DNA of 40,248 nt from Intoshia linei (taxonomy: Eukaryota > Animalia > Orthonectida), in the NCBI GenBank assembly GCA_001642005.1, contig LWCA01000210.1, forward strand, positions 1 through 40,248, read 5' to 3'. The notes below the pieces were generated by a model. That model was not told the DNA's origin and made no database searches. It saw only the letters and a list, made by a program, of their open reading frames with translations. The first letter of the stretch is position 1. The number at the start of each line of letters is the position of its first letter. The position numbers and the translations under genes are program-made. Below are positions 38,322 to 40,248 of this stretch, in pieces.

Positions 38322-38930
38322 TCATGTCGTATTACGTAATTCATTTATTATAGACATATCGGTATAATCATTCTTATGGGCGATTGTCTTACAATATAGA
38401 CAATAAAATCTATGGATAGATTTATGGATTACTCTTGATTGTGGCATATTAATACATTTTCCGTATAACCACTGATAACATTCGACCATACAATCGTCAT
38501 ATCCTTCTGGCTTTCTACAATAACAGTACACTTTTTCATTTTTTTTATACATGATTTCGTAAAATCGTTAGCACTAGTTACAGGTTTGTATCCACCCGCA
38601 TGAGAATCCTGAACATTTGACACATCGAACATTCCTTCATTTTGTAAAATTATTTTTTCTTCTAATTTCTGACGTTTTGCATGGTCTTTATATGCATATG
38701 GGTTGTCCAGCTTACGAACTTTCTTTTCGTTTACCCAAAATTTCTCTTTCTAATATTTCATTTTCTTCGGTACTGTCTTATCAAAATTTCTTTTAACTCG
38801 TAAGTTATGTACCTTCCGATGATTGACAATAGATTCACCTTTCACCACATCATTCAATCTCATTTCAGTCCATGATAACGGCCGTTCAGTTACGTATAAC
38901 CTGAGTAATGGTAACTCATGCCCATATTGC
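38322..38930 (-). pseudogene. Integrase C-terminal region ending in a PHD finger (disrupted)
   Basis: YGHELPL..KRNFDK..WVNEKKVRKLDNPY resembles the post-core/GPY-F region. After an A-run frameshift it continues VYCYCRKP..MVEC..QWLYGKCI..FYCLYC (PHD with lesions). Confidence 0.7.
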
Positions 38931-39179
38931 AAATATTCGTGATAATGCATCAGCTGACTTATTTAAGTCACCAGGCCTATAGACTAAGACAAAATCATAC
39001 TGCTCGAGTTCTTGAACGCACCTTAGTTTTCTACTGACTAATTTCTTTGAATCTCTAATAGTTACTAAAGGCTTATGATCTGTCATAACAGTAAATTTTC
39101 TTCCGTATAAATAGCGATGAAACTTTTTAATACTCCAACATATGGCTAAAAATTCCTTATCTGTTGTACTATAATTCAT
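38916..39179 (-). pseudogene. Ty3/gypsy Pol RNase H fragment
   Basis: NYSTTDKEFLAICWSIKKFHRYLYGRKFTVMTDHKPL..YDFVLVYRPG..N..ADALSR, the canonical gypsy RNase H motif set. Confidence 0.95.
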
Positions 39180-39226
39180 AGTCTTAAAAGAAGATTTGAA
39201 ATTTTTAAGACATATAGAAAAAAAAT

Positions 39227-39608
39227 GTGTATTTGGGATTTATGGGAATTCAAGAATTAAATCCAATTGTGTTTGATAATGTTCAACCAAGCATTATTGC
39301 TTTTCCTACAACATGGCTTGTAAACGCTGGATTTTCAGCAGTGGTCGATATTTTTAGTAAGAGGTCAAAATTGGATGTGAAAAACCGAGGAATAATGCGA
39401 TTAAGATTGAATAAACTAATAGAAATTGATTACAATTCATTGTGCAACAAACACCAATGCCAAGGCAGTCACTAACTAGTATAAATTGACATAAATAAAG
39501 CATTTTACTGTAAATAAAAGTAGATATTTTAAGGTTTTTTAAGGTGGGCTATGGAATTTTAGAAAAAACTTTTTTGGGCCATAGCCTGAAAAAAGTTGAG
39601 AACCGCTG
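39227..39608 (+). mobile_element. 3' end of a Buster/SCAND3-like hAT transposon
   Basis: IIAFPTTWLVNAGFSAV..KRSKLDV..RGIMRLRL..HQCQGSH* is a Buster C-terminus, followed by right TIR AAAAAGTTGAGAACCGCTG. Confidence 0.85.
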
Positions 39609-39786
39609 TTTTAAAGGATATATATAAATTACAATTTAATATCGTTTACAAAATCATGATCACCATGATCACTTTAGATACAACTTAACAACTATTTACA
39701 TAACAATTACAACAAACACACATTCCATTTATGCAATGAAAATTAGCCGTTTTGTTAAAAACAGACTAAATTGTCAACCTGTAGGA

Positions 39787-39840
39787 GAGTGGTTCTCAAC
39801 CCGTGTTCCGCAAAATTTAATGGGGGTTCCGTGAAATATA
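39787..39840 (+). mobile_element. Left end of another Buster/Charlie-type hAT element
   Basis: GAGTGGTTCTCAACC followed by subterminal GTTCCG repeats. Confidence 0.55.
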
Positions 39841-40248
39841 AATGCGATATTTTTCAATTTAAAGTTTTTCTAAATTACTCTTGTATGCAATGAAACATTT
39901 TTCAAATTTAAATCAAGTATTAATAAAATTATTATACGTTGTGAGTATGGGAACCTGAAAAATGATGTTAAAAAGTAATAATAATTCAGATTATCTTTAT
40001 AAGAAATATTGTAAATAAGGTGGATTTTTACTGGTTCAACTTTCTTGAAATAATGTAAATAAGTTACTTACCTCTTTATAATGATATTTAACTAAAAAGT
40101 TATCTCTCACGGGCCTGGATGCTTTTTCGTAGTGTGAGGGGGGAAACTGGTTTTACCGACTAAATTCCTTAATCCTTGTCGGGAGATATGGATTTTGGCA
40201 AAGAGCGTTATTAACTCTTCAAAAAAAGGACTTGAAAAAATTTAGGAT

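Larger units (their letters stand above)
37250..39180 (-). mobile_element. Decayed, 5'-truncated Ty3/gypsy-like LTR retrotransposon (RNase H - deleted IN - PHD - gag-like - PPT - LTR)
   Basis: Combination of the RNase H, integrase-tail/PHD, CCHC ORF and PPT/LTR features listed here, all on the minus strand. Confidence 0.85.

Overview
Very AT-rich (by eye about 75% A+T) eukaryotic nuclear DNA from a compact animal genome. It uses the standard genetic code and has many 35-60 nt GT-AG introns, so the supplied ORF track is mostly exon fragments or noise. Manual splicing gives, in order: RPS29 (-), a divergent CDK-like kinase (-), NXT1 (+), an acid/gastric-type lipase (+), an unknown protein (+), SPATA18/MIEAP (+), PSMD6/RPN7 (-), MRPL40 (+), CEP44 (-) and BDP1 (-). 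The last five are separated by only 49-100 bp. Long introns and intergenic DNA are filled with non-autonomous Helitrons, hAT elements/MITEs (several with TSDs) and a ~29-bp minisatellite-bearing MITE. A pre-miRNA-like hairpin with a miR-1175-type seed lies at 23.0 kb. The most unusual object is a decayed Ty3/gypsy-like element at 37.25-39.18 kb (-). Its order is RNase H, integrase C-terminus, PHD finger, then a separate Gag-like CCHC ORF, PPT and a 111-bp TGTA..TACA LTR, so gag appears to lie downstream of pol. The host is plausibly a reduced protostome such as an orthonectid (Intoshia); this is inference only. All homology calls are from recalled motifs, not database searches.
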